Of a DNA stretch of 64,000 nt, positions 12,467-24,390 are shown one piece after another (within the stretch, counting starts at the first letter, position 1; the number at the start of each line of letters is the position of its first letter). The translations under genes were made by a program, and so were the position numbers. The DNA lies in NCBI GenBank assembly GCA_963727485.1, contig CAVSGM010000002.1:672001-736000 (forward strand), read 5' to 3'. The notes under the pieces are model-generated. The model was not told where the DNA came from and made no database searches. It worked only from the letters and a program-made list of their open reading frames with translations. This DNA is from an uncultured delta proteobacterium. Its GTDB lineage: Bacteria; Myxococcota; Myxococcia; SLRQ01.

Positions 12467-14559
12467 TCACCCTGCTTGTTGGATCTGCGAGAAGTCAGCG
12501 ATCCGTGTAAACAGAATCCGCGATGCCCGCAAGGAGGAGGAGGCGGTTGTCACGCACCTTCGCGTCCTCGGCCATCACCAGCACCGCGTCGAAGAACCCG
12601 GCCACGGCCTCCCGGAGGGTCGCCATCTCCTGGAGCGCCGCGTCGTAGTCGTGCTCGGCCAGCGCCCGCTCGACCTTCTCGCGCACCGCCATCCCCTGCT
12701 TCCACAGGATCTTCTCCGAGTCGTCCTCGAAGAGGTCGGCGTCAATCTCCTTGGCGTCGATGGCCGGGGCCTTGGCGACGATGTTCCCCGCCCGGGTGAA
12801 CGCCTCGGCCAGGGGCTGGAAGTCCGGGAGGGCCTTCATCCTGGACAGGGCCTCCACCCGCTGCCAGGCGGAGAGGACGTCGTCGAAGCCCGCGGAGAGC
12901 ACCGCCTCCACCACGTCCGGGGCGTGCTGCTCGGCCCAGAGGTGGCGCAGGCGGGTGCGGAAGAAGGCCTTGACCGCCTGGTGGACCTCGTCGGCGGGGA
13001 CGGTGAGGGCGTCGCCGAAGAGGGCCAGGGCCTGGTCGAGGGTGGCCGAGAGGGGCAGGCGGTAGCCCCGGGCCAGGGCGATGTGCACCACCCCGAGACA
13101 GGCCCGGCGCAGGCCGAAGGGATCGGCGGCGCCCGAGGGCGACTTGCCGATGCCGAAGATGCCCACCAGGGTGTCGAGGCGGTCGGCGAGGCCCACCAGG
13201 GCGCCCTCGTCGGTCTCGGGGAGGCGGTCGCCGGCGCCCCGGGGGAGGTAGTGCTCCTCGATGCCCTTCGCCACGGCCTCGGGCTCGCCGGCGGCCTCGG
13301 CGTAGTAGCGCCCCATGACCCCCTGGAGGTCCGGGAACTCGCCGACCATCTCGGCGGTGAGGTCGGCCTTGGCCAACGTCGCGGTGCGGCCCACGGTGGC
13401 GTGCCGGGCCTCGAGGCCGAGCTGGTTGGCGAGCCACAGGGCCAGCGCCCGGACCCGCTCCACCTTGGCGCCGAGGCTCCCGAGCTGGCGCTGGAACACG
13501 ATGGCGTCGAGGGCGGGGACCCGCTCCTCCAGCGGCCGGCGCAGGTCGTTCTGGTAGAAGTACCGGGCGTCGGCCAGCCGCGCGGCCAGCACCCGCTCGT
13601 AGCCCCGGCGGGAGAGCGCCGGGTCGTTGACCGGGGTGTTGCTCAGGGCCACGAAGTGGGGCACCAGCTTGCCGGTGGCGCTGTCCTCGACGCTGAAGTA
13701 GCGCTGGTGCTGGCGCATCTCCGAGACCAGGACCTCCGGGGGGAGCTCGAGGTACGCCGGGTCGAAGCCCCCGAGGACGGCCACCGGCCACTCCACCAAA
13801 TCGGTGACCTCGTCGAGGAGGGCCGGGTCGGCGCGCAGCCGCCAGTCGGGGCTGGCGGCGCGGACGGCCTCCTCGGCGAGGGTGTGGACCCGGTGGCGCC
13901 GCGCCTCGACGTCGGCGAGGACGTGGGCCGCTTCCAGGGCCTCGAGGTAGGCGGCGGGGCTCTTCAGGGAGACGGGCCTGGGGTCCATGAACCGGTGGCC
14001 CCGGGTCTTCCGGCCGCTGTCCACGGTGCCGAAGCGCACCGGGAGCACCTTCCCGCCGAGGAGCGCCACGATCCAGTGGACCGGCCGGGCGAAGGTGGCG
14101 TCGCCGTCGCCCCAGCGCATGGACTTCTTGAAGGGGAGCGTGCGCACCAGCTTCTCGAGGAGCTCGGGGAGGACCGCCTCGGCGGGGCGCCCGGTCTCGT
14201 CGACCTTGGCGGCGACGTAGGCGCCCTTCTCGGTGTCCACCACCTCCAGGGCCTCGACGGGGACGCCCTGCCCCCGGGCGAAGCCCTCGGCGGCCCGGGT
14301 GGGCTTGCCCTCGGCGTCGAAGGCGGCCTTGGCCGGGGGCCCGGTGACCACCTTGGACAGGTCGGGCTGCCTCGGCGGCACGCCCTGGGCCATGACCGCC
14401 AGCCGCCTCGGGGTGCCGTAGACGTGGACCTCACCGTGCTCGAGGCGCGCCGTGTCGAGGGCGGCCTCGAGGCCGGCCTTCAGGTCGGCGAGGGCGGTGG
14501 GGAGGAAGGCTGCGGGGAGATGCCTCAGTCCCAATCTCGAGGAGGAGGTCCTTGGCCAT
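12467..14559 (-). CDS. glyS: Glycine--tRNA ligase beta subunit; two apparent 1-nt insertions (about 14521 and 12515)
   Basis: MAKDLLLEIGTE start and ...LFTRIADFSQIQQAG end are in frames shifted from the core (TPRRLA, SMRWG, RPVHW, EHYLP, DPFGLRR); span 2093 = 2091+2. Confidence 0.92.
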
Positions 14560-14653
14560 CGGTGCGTCGCCCCAAAGTTGGATGGGCCCGCGTCACTGGC
14601 GGGTCCGTGCGTGTCGAGAGAAGTGGCGCCGGCGCGTGGGCGGCGCCGGCCCG

Positions 14654-15574
<921 letters not shown>

Positions 15575-15596
15575 GGCTCTCCCGGGAGGGTGCGAG

Positions 15597-15625
15597 AGGC
15601 TACCGGCGGCCGGAGGGGGTGTCAA
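15597..15625 (-). promoter_or_regulatory. Sigma70-type promoter for glyQS(-ppdK)
   Basis: TTGACA-17 nt-TAGCCT on the minus strand. Confidence 0.7.
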
Positions 15626-15691
15626 GCGGGCGTCACCTGCCGGTCGCGGGGGGCCGGTACACCGGGGCGGGCGGAAAATTCCCGCGGGGCG

Positions 15692-15720
15692 TTCACCTCC
15701 CCCGCTTCGGTGACTAGGAT
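15692..15720 (+). promoter_or_regulatory. Divergent sigma70-type promoter for the 15798 surface protein
   Basis: TTCACC-17 nt-TAGGAT. Confidence 0.5.
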
Positions 15721-15797
15721 GCCCGCACTTTCGCCGTGGCACCCAGTCAACACACCTCGACCGACCTCGAGAACCCCGATCCCCGTTAGGAGCCGTC

Positions 15798-18700
15798 ATG
15801 GTCCGCCGAGCTCGCCTCGCCGCCCTTCTTCTCGCCAGTCTGCTGGTACCTGGTCTCGCCTTCGCCCAGGTCGCCTACCCCACCGTGGTGGGCGCCGCCC
15901 CTGAGCTCGGGAGCTACTCCGACGCCGGGGCCGTCCAGATGTACGACGACGGCACCCACGGTGACGCCGTCGCCGGCGACGGCATCTGGACCACCCAGGT
16001 GACCCTCGCCCCGCCGAGCGGCACCACCGGCGCCTGGAGCACCGAGTACAAGATTGAGCCGCCGAACAAGGTCCTGAACGACAGCCAGGCCATCGGCCAG
16101 GCGCCCCAGAGCGGCAACGCCCTGGGCATCCCCCTCAACTTCCCGGCGGCCCAGAGCTACACCGTCGAGTTCCGGTACGCGGTCAACGGCAGCACCGGGT
16201 GGCAGCCGGCCGTCTCGGTGGCGGACTCCTGGAACACCGGCTGGTCCACCTCGACGCCGTCCCTGCGCACCGCCAAGAGCTGGGTGTTCGCCGGGGCCTT
16301 CCAGTCCCAGTTCGGCGCCGCCGCCGGGGGCTTCGACCCGAGCCTCGCCGCCACCACCGGCCACGACGACGGGACCTGGGGCGACCTGACCGCCGACGAC
16401 GGCGTGGTCAGCCTCGGAGTCATGACCTCCGTGGACTTCGGCACCGCCACCGCCACCGACGCCGAGTGGAAGGTGGCCCTCAAGGGCGCCAACGCCACCG
16501 ACTGGACCCTGAAGCTCGGGAGCGACGGGTGGAACGTCAACGGCAACAGCCAGGGTGACGCGGCCAACGCCTCCACGCCCCTGAACCGCTGGCGGCCCAT
16601 GCGCTACGAGGTCGACCTCGAGCGCGGCGCCATCCAGGCGGTGGCCGCCGACGGGCTCTACGGGACCCCGGAGTTGAGCGAGCTGGTGAACACCGGCACC
16701 ACGGCCGAGTACGTGGAGATCTACAACTCCGCCAACGCCATCGTCTCCCTCTCGGGCGTGTACGTCGCCGACGACCCGAACTACCCCTCGGTTCCCACGC
16801 CCCCCAGCACGACCCCCAGCTCGGCGGACTTCGACGCCCGCTTCCCCGACGGTGCGTGGATCGCGCCCCACGCCTTCCAGACCGTGGGCGGCAGCGACGA
16901 GGCCACCTTCAACGGCGTCTACGGCATGGACCCGACCTACGCCCTCCGGGGCACGGTCACGCCGATGGTCGCCGCCTACGCCAACAGCATCGGCAGCGGC
17001 TCGGGCTTCACCAACGGCGGCGAGTTCGTGGCCCTGTTCACCTGGCAGACGGGCATGGACCTGGTCGAGGACCTGGACGTCCTGGTCTACGGGACGCCCT
17101 CCTCCACCAACGTCGCCCCGGACAAGACCGACGTGGTGCCGGTTGCCGCCGGCGCCGCCTACGGCGCGGATCTCATGACCATCAACACCTCCACCGCCGG
17201 CGCCGGCGCCATCGTCGCCCGCAAGGACTTCACCGATCCCGGCGAGCGGGTCTCCACCTGCGCCTACCCCTGCCCGGTCAACGGCACCGCCTCGGGCATC
17301 TACAACGGCGTGTACAACCCGCTCCTCGGCGGCCGTGAGGACGAGACCAGCGAGGACCTGACCACCAGCTGGTACGCCGAGACCACCGCCACCCCCGGCA
17401 CGGCCAACGACGCCACCTACACCGTCACCGGCGTCGCCCAGGACGGCACCGGCGCGCCGCTGGCCGGGGTCACCGTGACCGCCACCCAGGGCGCCACCAC
17501 CCAGACCGCCACCAGCGCCAGCGACGGGACGTTCTCCCTGACCCTGGGCTTCGGCAGCTGGGCCATCACCGGCACCCTCACCGGCTACAACGACGCCACG
17601 GCCACCGTCTGGGCCGACCACGACGCGGCCCTGCCGGCGCCGCTGGTCCTCACCGCCACCGTCCAGAGCTACGCGCTCACGGGCACGGTCACCGACGCCA
17701 GCACCACCAGCGTCATCGCCGGAGCGACAATCTCGGTGAGCCCGGGGACCCAGACCGCCACCACCGACTCGAGCGGCAACTACACCCTGACCCTCCCGGC
17801 CGGCACCTACGACGTCACCGCGAGCGCCACCGGCTACACCGCCTCCACCAAGACGGTGAACCTCACCGCCGCCGCGACCCAGGACTTCGCCCTCGTAACC
17901 GCCCCGGTCACCGTGACCGTGAGCGGCACCGTGAGCGACACCTCGGCGAACCCCCTCTCCGGCGTGGCCATCACCCTCGACGACGGCGCCGGGAACACCT
18001 TCTCCGGCACCACCGACGGCACCGGAGCCTTCTCCATCGCCGGGGTCACCGGGAACGCCACCTACACCCTCACCGCGATCCTGGGCGGCTTCCAGGACGC
18101 CACGGCGACGGTGCCGGTGCAGACCACCGACGTCACCAACGTCGCCGTCACCATGACCCCGGTGGCCGCCACCGTGACCGTCAGCGGCACCGTGAGCGAC
18201 GCCACGGCCAACCCCCTCTCGGGCGTCTCCGTGACCCTCGACGACGGGGCCGGCCACACCTTCTCCGGCACCACCGACGGCACCGGGGCGTTCTCCATCA
18301 CCGGCGTCACCGCCAGCACCACCTACACCCTGACGGCGTCCCTCGCCGGCTACCAGGACGCGACGATGTCGGTGCCGGTCCAGACCACCGACGTGACCAG
18401 CCTGGCCGTGACCATGACCCCGACGCCCACCAGCGTCATCGTCTCCGGCACCGTGACCGACGCCGCCAGCTCCAACCCGCTGGCGAACGTCTCCCTCACC
18501 CTCGACGACGGGGCCGGGAACACCCTCAGCGCGACCAGCGCCACTGACGGGACCTTCTCCTTCACCGGGGTTCCCGTGAGCACCACCTACACCCTCACGG
18601 CGACCCTCACCGGCTACCAGGACGCCACCCAGCAGGTGCCGGTGCAGACCGCCGACGTCACCAGCCTCACGGTGAGCATGACCGCGAGCACCACCACCAC

Positions 18701-19580
18701 CTGGAGCGTCTCCGGGACGGTCACCGACGCGGACAACAACAACGCACCCATCGTCGGGGCCACCGTCAGCATCGCCAGCCCCTCGGTGACGGCCACCACC
18801 GACGCCCAGGGGAACTTCACCCTCACCGGGGTCCCGGACGGCACCTACGACGTGCAGGCCACCGCCACCGGCTACAACCCGGGGACCCAGTCGGTGACCG
18901 TGAGCGGCGCCGACGTCACCGGGGTGAACATCAGCCTCTTCCAGCCGACGGCCACCTACACCCTCTCGGGGACCATCACCGACAGCGGCGCCGGGACCGG
19001 CATCGGCGGGGCCACCGTGACCCTGACCCTCCCGGACACCACCACCCAGACCACCACCACCTCGGCGGGCGGGATGTACAGCTTCACCGGGCTGGCCGCG
19101 GGGACCTACGACCTGGCGGTGACCGCCAGCGGCTACCAGGACGGGTCGATGACCGGCATCCAGATCAGCGCCGACACCACCCAGGACCTCGCCCTGGATC
19201 CGACCGCCGCGCCCACCTACACCCTCTCGGGGACGGTGCGGCTCTCGGACAAGACCTCCGGCTCGTTCAGCGGCACCACCGTGACCCTCATCAGCGGGGG
19301 CACCGGGTCGGCGACCACCGACGCCTCGGGCGCCTACCAGATCCCCGGGCTGGCCGCGGGCACCTACCAGGTGCGGGCGAGCCACGCCGGGTACGGGACC
19401 CTCACGGCCACCGTGAACCTCTCCGGCGACAAGACCCAGGACTTCGTCCTGGTGCCCCAGAGCACCACCAGCCAGCCCGGCTGCGGGTGCAGCGCCACCG
19501 GCGGCTCGCCGGACCCCGTCCTCGGCCTCTTCTTCCTGGGCCTGGGGATGATGGTCCTGCGCCGCCGCCGGCGCGCCTAG
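15798..19580 (+). CDS. Large secreted surface protein: DDGxxGD motifs, lamin-tail-like domain, multiple carboxypeptidase-regulatory-like repeats, MYXO-CTERM-like anchor
   Basis: Signal peptide ...[28 protein letters not shown]; repeated SGTVTD...ATTDxxGxY/F; C-term [17 protein letters not shown]. Confidence 0.85.
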   Translation: MVRRARLAALLLASLLVPGLAFAQVAYPTVVGAAPELGSYSDAGAVQMYDDGTHGDAVAGDGIWTTQVTLAPPSGTTGAWSTEYKIEPPNKVLNDSQAIGQAPQSGNALGIPLNFPAAQSYTVEFRYAVNGSTGWQPAVSVADSWNTGWSTSTPSLRTAKSWVFAGAFQSQFGAAAGGFDPSLAATTGHDDGTWGDLTADDGVVSLGVMTSVDFGTATATDAEWKVALKGANATDWTLKLGSDGWNVNGNSQGDAANASTPLNRWRPMRYEVDLERGAIQAVAADGLYGTPELSELVNTGTTAEYVEIYNSANAIVSLSGVYVADDPNYPSVPTPPSTTPSSADFDARFPDGAWIAPHAFQTVGGSDEATFNGVYGMDPTYALRGTVTPMVAAYANSIGSGSGFTNGGEFVALFTWQTGMDLVEDLDVLVYGTPSSTNVAPDKTDVVPVAAGAAYGADLMTINTSTAGAGAIVARKDFTDPGERVSTCAYPCPVNGTASGIYNGVYNPLLGGREDETSEDLTTSWYAETTATPGTANDATYTVTGVAQDGTGAPLAGVTVTATQGATTQTATSASDGTFSLTLGFGSWAITGTLTGYNDATATVWADHDAALPAPLVLTATVQSYALTGTVTDASTTSVIAGATISVSPGTQTATTDSSGNYTLTLPAGTYDVTASATGYTASTKTVNLTAAATQDFALVTAPVTVTVSGTVSDTSANPLSGVAITLDDGAGNTFSGTTDGTGAFSIAGVTGNATYTLTAILGGFQDATATVPVQTTDVTNVAVTMTPVAATVTVSGTVSDATANPLSGVSVTLDDGAGHTFSGTTDGTGAFSITGVTASTTYTLTASLAGYQDATMSVPVQTTDVTSLAVTMTPTPTSVIVSGTVTDAASSNPLANVSLTLDDGAGNTLSATSATDGTFSFTGVPVSTTYTLTATLTGYQDATQQVPVQTADVTSLTVSMTASTTTTWSVSGTVTDADNNNAPIVGATVSIASPSVTATTDAQGNFTLTGVPDGTYDVQATATGYNPGTQSVTVSGADVTGVNISLFQPTATYTLSGTITDSGAGTGIGGATVTLTLPDTTTQTTTTSAGGMYSFTGLAAGTYDLAVTASGYQDGSMTGIQISADTTQDLALDPTAAPTYTLSGTVRLSDKTSGSFSGTTVTLISGGTGSATTDASGAYQIPGLAAGTYQVRASHAGYGTLTATVNLSGDKTQDFVLVPQSTTSQPGCGCSATGGSPDPVLGLFFLGLGMMVLRRRRRA
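17910..18692 (+). repeat. Three tandem 261-bp (87-aa) intragenic repeats
   Basis: Units start at 17910, 18171 and 18432; shared TLDDGAG.T.S, TYTLTA.L.G.QDAT, VPVQT.DVT. Confidence 0.85.
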
Positions 19581-19601
19581 CGCGTCGCTGACCGCGGTAC
19601 C

Positions 19602-19638
19602 GAACCCCGGGGGCCCATACGGGTCTCCGGGGTTCTTC
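19602..19638 (+). terminator. Intrinsic terminator hairpin
   Basis: GAACCCCGGGGGCCC-ATAC-GGGTCTCCGGGGTTC then TTCGTT, just after the stop. Confidence 0.7.
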
Positions 19639-19700
19639 GTTATGATGCTCCCCTGGTGTGTCCGCGCGCCCCGCCGGCGCCGGATCCGAAGGGAGGCACC

Positions 19701-21668
19701 ATGCACGCGAGAGGCCCGCATCCCCACCTGGCGTCCAGCGTCGCGCGCGCCCTGGTCGCCTGCGCCGTCGGGGTCACCGGCCTCCTGATGCCGGCCGTGG
19801 CCCGGGCCGCGCCGGCCGTCCACGTGGAGCTGGCCACCCAGAAGATCCGCCCCACCGACCCGGCCCCGGCCTCGCCGGTCACCCGGGCCCACGTGTTTGC
19901 CGCCCGCAACGAGTTCGCGCCCTTCCAGGTGGTGGTCGAGGGACCGGCCACCGGCGTCTGGGCGACCCTCCCGCCCCTCACCGGCCCCGGGGGCGTCCCC
20001 CTCCCCGCCACCGACGTGCGCCTCTACCGCGAGGGCTACGTCACCACCGTCTACCCCTCGACCTCCGACGTGACCGTGGGCCGCTGGCCCGACCCGCTGA
20101 TCCCCGACGTGGACGTCACCGCGAACGAGAAGCGCGACGCCTTCCCCTTCGACGTGCCGTCCGGAGAGAACCGGGTGATCTGGGTGGACCTGCTGGTGCC
20201 CATGGACGCCGCCCCCGGCGACTACACCGGCACCCTCACCGTCACCGGCCAGGGCGGGTCCACCGACGTCCCCGTGACCCTCACCGTCTACCCCTTCACC
20301 CTGCCCTCCACTCCGAGCCTCGACTCAATCTTCGGCTCGGGCTGGGACGCCCTGTGCGTGGGCTACTACCCGGGCGGGTACGCGGACCCCAAGTGCGGCG
20401 ACGCCGGGGTCATCCGCCTCGACCAGCAGCTCGGCACCTTCCTCCTCGACCACCGGATCTCGACCTCGATGATCTACACCGGGCCCAGCCCGTCGGGCTC
20501 GGGGTACGACTGGGCCACCTGGGACGCCACCTGGGGCCCGTTCCTCGACGGCACCGCCCCGACGCGCCTCCCCGGGGCGAAGCTGTCGCTCATCCAGTAC
20601 GAGTGGAAGCGCAACGTCACCGACTACGCCGCCTGGGCCGCCCACTTCCGCCAGAAGGGCTGGCTCGACCGGACCTTCGACTACACCCTCGACGAGCCCC
20701 ACACCGCCAGTGACTGGCAGACCTTCGTCACCCGCGCCGACCTGGTGCACCAGGCCAATCCGGCGATGCGCACCCTGGTCACCGGCACCGTCCAGGACGC
20801 GACGAAGTACGGCGCCCTGGGCGACCTGGACATCCTCACACCCGTCATCAACTACATGGACGACAAGGGCACCGGTCCCTACGCCGGCAGCCAGCGCAGC
20901 GCCTACGACGCCTTCGTCGCCGGGGGCGGCAAGCTCATGTGGTACCAGAGCTGTATGTCCGAGGGCTGCTACGGCGGCACCGGCGGCGGCAAGAGCTACT
21001 CGGGCTACAACCTCGGCTGGCCGTCGATGATGATCGACACCCCGGCGGTCTACAACCGGGTCGAGGAGTGGCTCTCGTACCTCTATGGGATCTCCGGGGA
21101 GCTCTACTTCGACACCACCTACGCCTTCGACAGCGGCGGGGACGCCTGGCAGAGCCAGTGGTACTTCGGGGGCAACGGCGACGGCACCCTCCTCTACCCT
21201 GGCACCCCGGCCCGTATCGGGGGCACCACGCCGGTCCCCGTGGCCAGCATCCGCCTCGACCTCGTGCGCCAGGGCATGCAGGACTACGAGTACCTCCACC
21301 TGCTCACCACCCTCGGCGGCGGCGACTACGCCCGGCAGGAGGCGCTGAAGGTGGCCACCTCGCCCCACGACATCGACCCGGACCCGGCGGTGATGGAGGC
21401 CGCTCGGGAGGCGGTGGCGGCGCGGATCGTGGCCCTGACCACCGGGGGCGCCGACGGCGGGATGGCCGACGGCGGGATGGCCGACGGGGGCGGCGCGGCC
21501 GATGGGGGCGGGACGAACACCGACGGCGGGGTGCCCGACCCCGGCTCCAGGCCCTCCGGCACCGGCTGCGGGTGCTCGGCGACGGGGGCGACCGGGAGCG
21601 CCGGGCTGGCCCTCGTCCTCCTGGTGGCCGCCGGCCTGCGCCGCCGCCGCCCCCGGCCCGCGCCCTAA
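19701..21668 (+). CDS. DUF4091 / GH123-like secreted glycoside hydrolase with MYXO-CTERM-like anchor
   Basis: AARNEFAPFQ, YTLDEP, GDGTLLYPG, SIRLDLVRQGMQDYEYL; ADGG linker; [14 protein letters not shown]. Confidence 0.8.
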   Translation: MHARGPHPHLASSVARALVACAVGVTGLLMPAVARAAPAVHVELATQKIRPTDPAPASPVTRAHVFAARNEFAPFQVVVEGPATGVWATLPPLTGPGGVPLPATDVRLYREGYVTTVYPSTSDVTVGRWPDPLIPDVDVTANEKRDAFPFDVPSGENRVIWVDLLVPMDAAPGDYTGTLTVTGQGGSTDVPVTLTVYPFTLPSTPSLDSIFGSGWDALCVGYYPGGYADPKCGDAGVIRLDQQLGTFLLDHRISTSMIYTGPSPSGSGYDWATWDATWGPFLDGTAPTRLPGAKLSLIQYEWKRNVTDYAAWAAHFRQKGWLDRTFDYTLDEPHTASDWQTFVTRADLVHQANPAMRTLVTGTVQDATKYGALGDLDILTPVINYMDDKGTGPYAGSQRSAYDAFVAGGGKLMWYQSCMSEGCYGGTGGGKSYSGYNLGWPSMMIDTPAVYNRVEEWLSYLYGISGELYFDTTYAFDSGGDAWQSQWYFGGNGDGTLLYPGTPARIGGTTPVPVASIRLDLVRQGMQDYEYLHLLTTLGGGDYARQEALKVATSPHDIDPDPAVMEAAREAVAARIVALTTGGADGGMADGGMADGGGAADGGGTNTDGGVPDPGSRPSGTGCGCSATGATGSAGLALVLLVAAGLRRRRPRPAP

Positions 21669-22432
21669 CCCAGGGTCGCCAGCAGCGCCCGGCTCTTCAG
21701 GGGCTTGCCGAGGAGGGCCTCGGTGAACCGGGCCAGGGCCTCGGTCGCCTCGCCGACCGCCTCGGGATCGTCCGGGAGGCCGGCGGCCCGGGCGAGGACC
21801 TCGGCCCTGGGGCCCGCGTCGCCCAGCGCCTCGAGGGCCCGGCGGGTCCCCGCCGAGAGCGTCAGGTCCCCGGTCTGCCACCTGGGGGCGCAGACGGGGC
21901 AGAGGAGCCCGCCGCCGGAAGGCGCGAAGCGCGCGGGCCCGCCGCTGGGGGCGCGGCCGCACCTCGCGCAGGCGTCGAGGCGCGGCGGCGAGCCGAAGGC
22001 CGAAAGCGCCGCGAGCTCGAAGGCCACCATCCCCCAGGGCGGAAGCCGACCGGTGTCGAGGGCGTCGAGGCCGGCGACCAGGAGGGCGTGGAGGGCCGGC
22101 TGGGCCTCGCCGTCCTTCACCAGCGCCCGGACCAGCTCCACCATCACCGAGGCCCGGGCGAAGGCCCCGAGATCGGCGCGGATCCCCGGGTGGGCACCGG
22201 TGACCGTGGCCTCGTCGAGGGTGGCCAGGTCCCGGCCCGGGCGCAGGCGCAGGGTCGCCCGCACCGCGTGGGTGGGCTCGAGGGCGCCGCCGAAGCGCCG
22301 GCGGCTGCGCTGGGCCCCGGGGGCGAAGGCCCGCAGGAGCCCGCGGTCCGGGGAGAGGAGCTCGACGATCCGGTGGCCCTCGCCGTGATCGACGATCCGC
22401 AGGATCACCGCGTCGGTGGTGAACCGTTCCAT
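21665..22432 (-). CDS. recO: DNA repair protein RecO
   Basis: AVILRIVDHGEGHRIVELLS...GAQRSRRRFGGALEP; zinc finger CARC...GGGLLCPVC; PLKS end. Confidence 0.9.
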   Translation of the reverse strand: MERFTTDAVILRIVDHGEGHRIVELLSPDRGLLRAFAPGAQRSRRRFGGALEPTHAVRATLRLRPGRDLATLDEATVTGAHPGIRADLGAFARASVMVELVRALVKDGEAQPALHALLVAGLDALDTGRLPPWGMVAFELAALSAFGSPPRLDACARCGRAPSGGPARFAPSGGGLLCPVCAPRWQTGDLTLSAGTRRALEALGDAGPRAEVLARAAGLPDDPEAVGEATEALARFTEALLGKPLKSRALLATLG

Positions 22433-22446
22433 GGCACCCCCGCCTC

Positions 22447-22803
22447 CTACCGCCGGAAGAGGAGGATCAGGACCACCGCCAGGATCACCGCGCCGATGCC
22501 CAGGATCACCGCCAGCGCCGTCCCCGGTCGCCGGGTGGTGAGCACCTCCGGTGCCGCCTGTGGCGAGGCCTCGTCCGGGTGGGCCTCCTCGAAGCGCAGG
22601 AGCACCTCGTCGGGATCGAGGCCCACGGCGTCGGCGTAGGCCCGCAGATAGCCCATCACGTAGACGCGCTCCGGGAGCCGGGTGGCCGCGTCGGACTCGA
22701 GGGCCTCGAGGGCGCTCTCGGGGATCTTGGTCCGCGCGGCGACCTCGCCGCGCTCGAGCCCTCGGAGCTCCCGGGCCTGGACGAGGTAGGTGCCGAAGCT
22801 CAC
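22447..22803 (-). CDS. Short RodZ-like HTH membrane protein
   Basis: FGTYLVQARELRGL...ALEALE...LPERVYVMGYLRAYADAVGLD plus C-terminal TM helix. Confidence 0.8.
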   Translation of the reverse strand: MSFGTYLVQARELRGLERGEVAARTKIPESALEALESDAATRLPERVYVMGYLRAYADAVGLDPDEVLLRFEEAHPDEASPQAAPEVLTTRRPGTALAVILGIGAVILAVVLILLFRR

Positions 22804-23705
22804 TTCCCCCCCGCGTCGGCACCCCCGCCGGCGCCCTCGGCCCCCTTCGCCGGGGCGGCGGTGTCCCCGCTGGACGGGATGGTGAGGTCGGGGCCGTCGG
22901 TGGGGCCCTGGTGGGCGGAGGCGTCTGCCTTGCGGGGCAGCGGCCCCCCGACCCGGTTCAGGAGCCGGGTGCACGAGTCGGCCAGGGGCCCGTCCTTGGC
23001 CAGGCGCACGCAGCGGTCGAAGGCGGCCCGGGCCCCGGTGGCGTCCCCGGCCTCGAGCCGCACCTTGCCCCACTCGTACTGCGCCTCGGGCTGCTTGGGG
23101 CAGTGCTTGACGAACTGGCCCACCGAGGCGTTGGCCCGGGCCTGCTTGCCCTTGTGCCGGTAGAGGATCGCCAGGTTCCGGTAGCCCTGGCAGAACTTGG
23201 GCTGGGCCAGGACCGCCGCCTCGATCTCGCTGATCCCGGCGTCGACCTTGCCCTGCTTGTAGAGGGCCCAGCCGAGGTTGCCCCGGGCGAGGTAGGGCGT
23301 GGGGTAGAGGACGTTGTTGAGGGCGGCGCGGAAGGCCTTCTCGGCCTTGGCGTAGCGGCCGGTCTGCAGGTAGAGGGACCCCAGGTTGTTGGCGGCCTCG
23401 GAGTAGTCCTTCTTGAGCTTCAGGGCCTTCTGGTACTCGACCTCGGCCTGCTTCGGGCGCCCGAGGGAGAGCTGGTAGAGCAGGCCCAGGAGGTTGTGGG
23501 CCGGGGCGAAGCCGGGATCGCGCTCGAGGCCCGCCTGGAGGTCCGCCACCGCCTCCTGGATGTGGCCGGCGTGGGTCGCCTGCACCGCCAGGTCGTACTG
23601 GATCTGGGCGAACTTCTGGTCCTTGCCGTCGGGCACGTGGGCGCAGGCGGCGAGGAGCGCGGGGACGGCGACGAGGACGATCGCTTTGCGGACGTGGCGA
23701 CGCAT
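22800..23705 (-). CDS. tgl: TPR lipoprotein, Tgl/PilF (type IV pilus pilotin) family
   Basis: Lipobox LLAAC; TPRs AHNLLGL, AANNLG, YPTPYLARGNLGW; Cys-containing C-terminal TPRs. Confidence 0.75.
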   Translation of the reverse strand: MRRHVRKAIVLVAVPALLAACAHVPDGKDQKFAQIQYDLAVQATHAGHIQEAVADLQAGLERDPGFAPAHNLLGLLYQLSLGRPKQAEVEYQKALKLKKDYSEAANNLGSLYLQTGRYAKAEKAFRAALNNVLYPTPYLARGNLGWALYKQGKVDAGISEIEAAVLAQPKFCQGYRNLAILYRHKGKQARANASVGQFVKHCPKQPEAQYEWGKVRLEAGDATGARAAFDRCVRLAKDGPLADSCTRLLNRVGGPLPRKADASAHQGPTDGPDLTIPSSGDTAAPAKGAEGAGGGADAGGK

Positions 23706-23740
23706 GGGGTGCTCCGGCGGCAGCGGGAGATGGCCGCGGT

Positions 23741-24385
23741 TCAGAAGGAGACGAGGAGGCGCGCCACCCTCGCCGCCGTGGCCGGGTCGAGGGGCTTCTG
23801 GTCGGGGAGGGGCTCGACCTCCTGGAGCTCCTCGAGGACGTCGGGCATGGGCGCGGGGGCCGGCTCGAGCTCGAAGGCGGTCTCGGGCTCGCCGATGATG
23901 GCCTCCTCGTCGAGGTCGAGGATGTCGGCGGTGTCCTCTTCGAGCTCGGCGAGGGGATCCGACTCGGGCTCCGACTCGGACCCGGCGGGCACGTAGGCGG
24001 AGATGTCGGGCCGGAAGCAGGGGAGGCTCTCGAGGATCTCGTCCTGCTGCAGCGGGGAGAGGTTGCGGTAGTTCACGTTGTCGACCATGAACCCCATGCT
24101 CTCCACGAAGGTCAGGGCCTCGGCCTCGACGTCGGGGAACTCGGCGACCCCCACCTCGGCGAGGTCGTGCACATAGAGCACCGCCTCGTTGGTCTCGGTG
24201 AGGTGGAGGTAGATGAGGATGGCGAAATTGCCGCTGGGGTTCCGGCGGCCGACGACGTAGGCGGAGGTGACCTGGGGCGCGTAACCCGGCACGCCCACGT
24301 GGGGATGGTTGATGGACTCGATGATCGAGACCACCTGGTCGCGGGTCACGTCGACGAAGGTGAGCGAGGGGTCGGGTCGGAACAT
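23741..24385 (-). CDS. Conserved myxobacterial protein usually encoded upstream of tgl
   Basis: SINHPHV.VPG, IYLHL, EAEALTFVESMGFMVD, C-term ARLLVSF; recalled family resemblance plus context. Confidence 0.6.
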   Translation of the reverse strand: MFRPDPSLTFVDVTRDQVVSIIESINHPHVGVPGYAPQVTSAYVVGRRNPSGNFAILIYLHLTETNEAVLYVHDLAEVGVAEFPDVEAEALTFVESMGFMVDNVNYRNLSPLQQDEILESLPCFRPDISAYVPAGSESEPESDPLAELEEDTADILDLDEEAIIGEPETAFELEPAPAPMPDVLEELQEVEPLPDQKPLDPATAARVARLLVSF

Positions 24386-24390
24386 GGGCG

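Noticed and set aside
21448..21532. GCCGACGGCGGGATG repeats as a DNA element
   Set aside because: In-frame low-complexity ADGG linker before the sorting signal
22447..22803. RodZ-like gene as a truncated pseudogene
   Set aside because: Clean HTH+TM ORF, tightly packed between tgl and recO, with no remnant of a lost periplasmic domain
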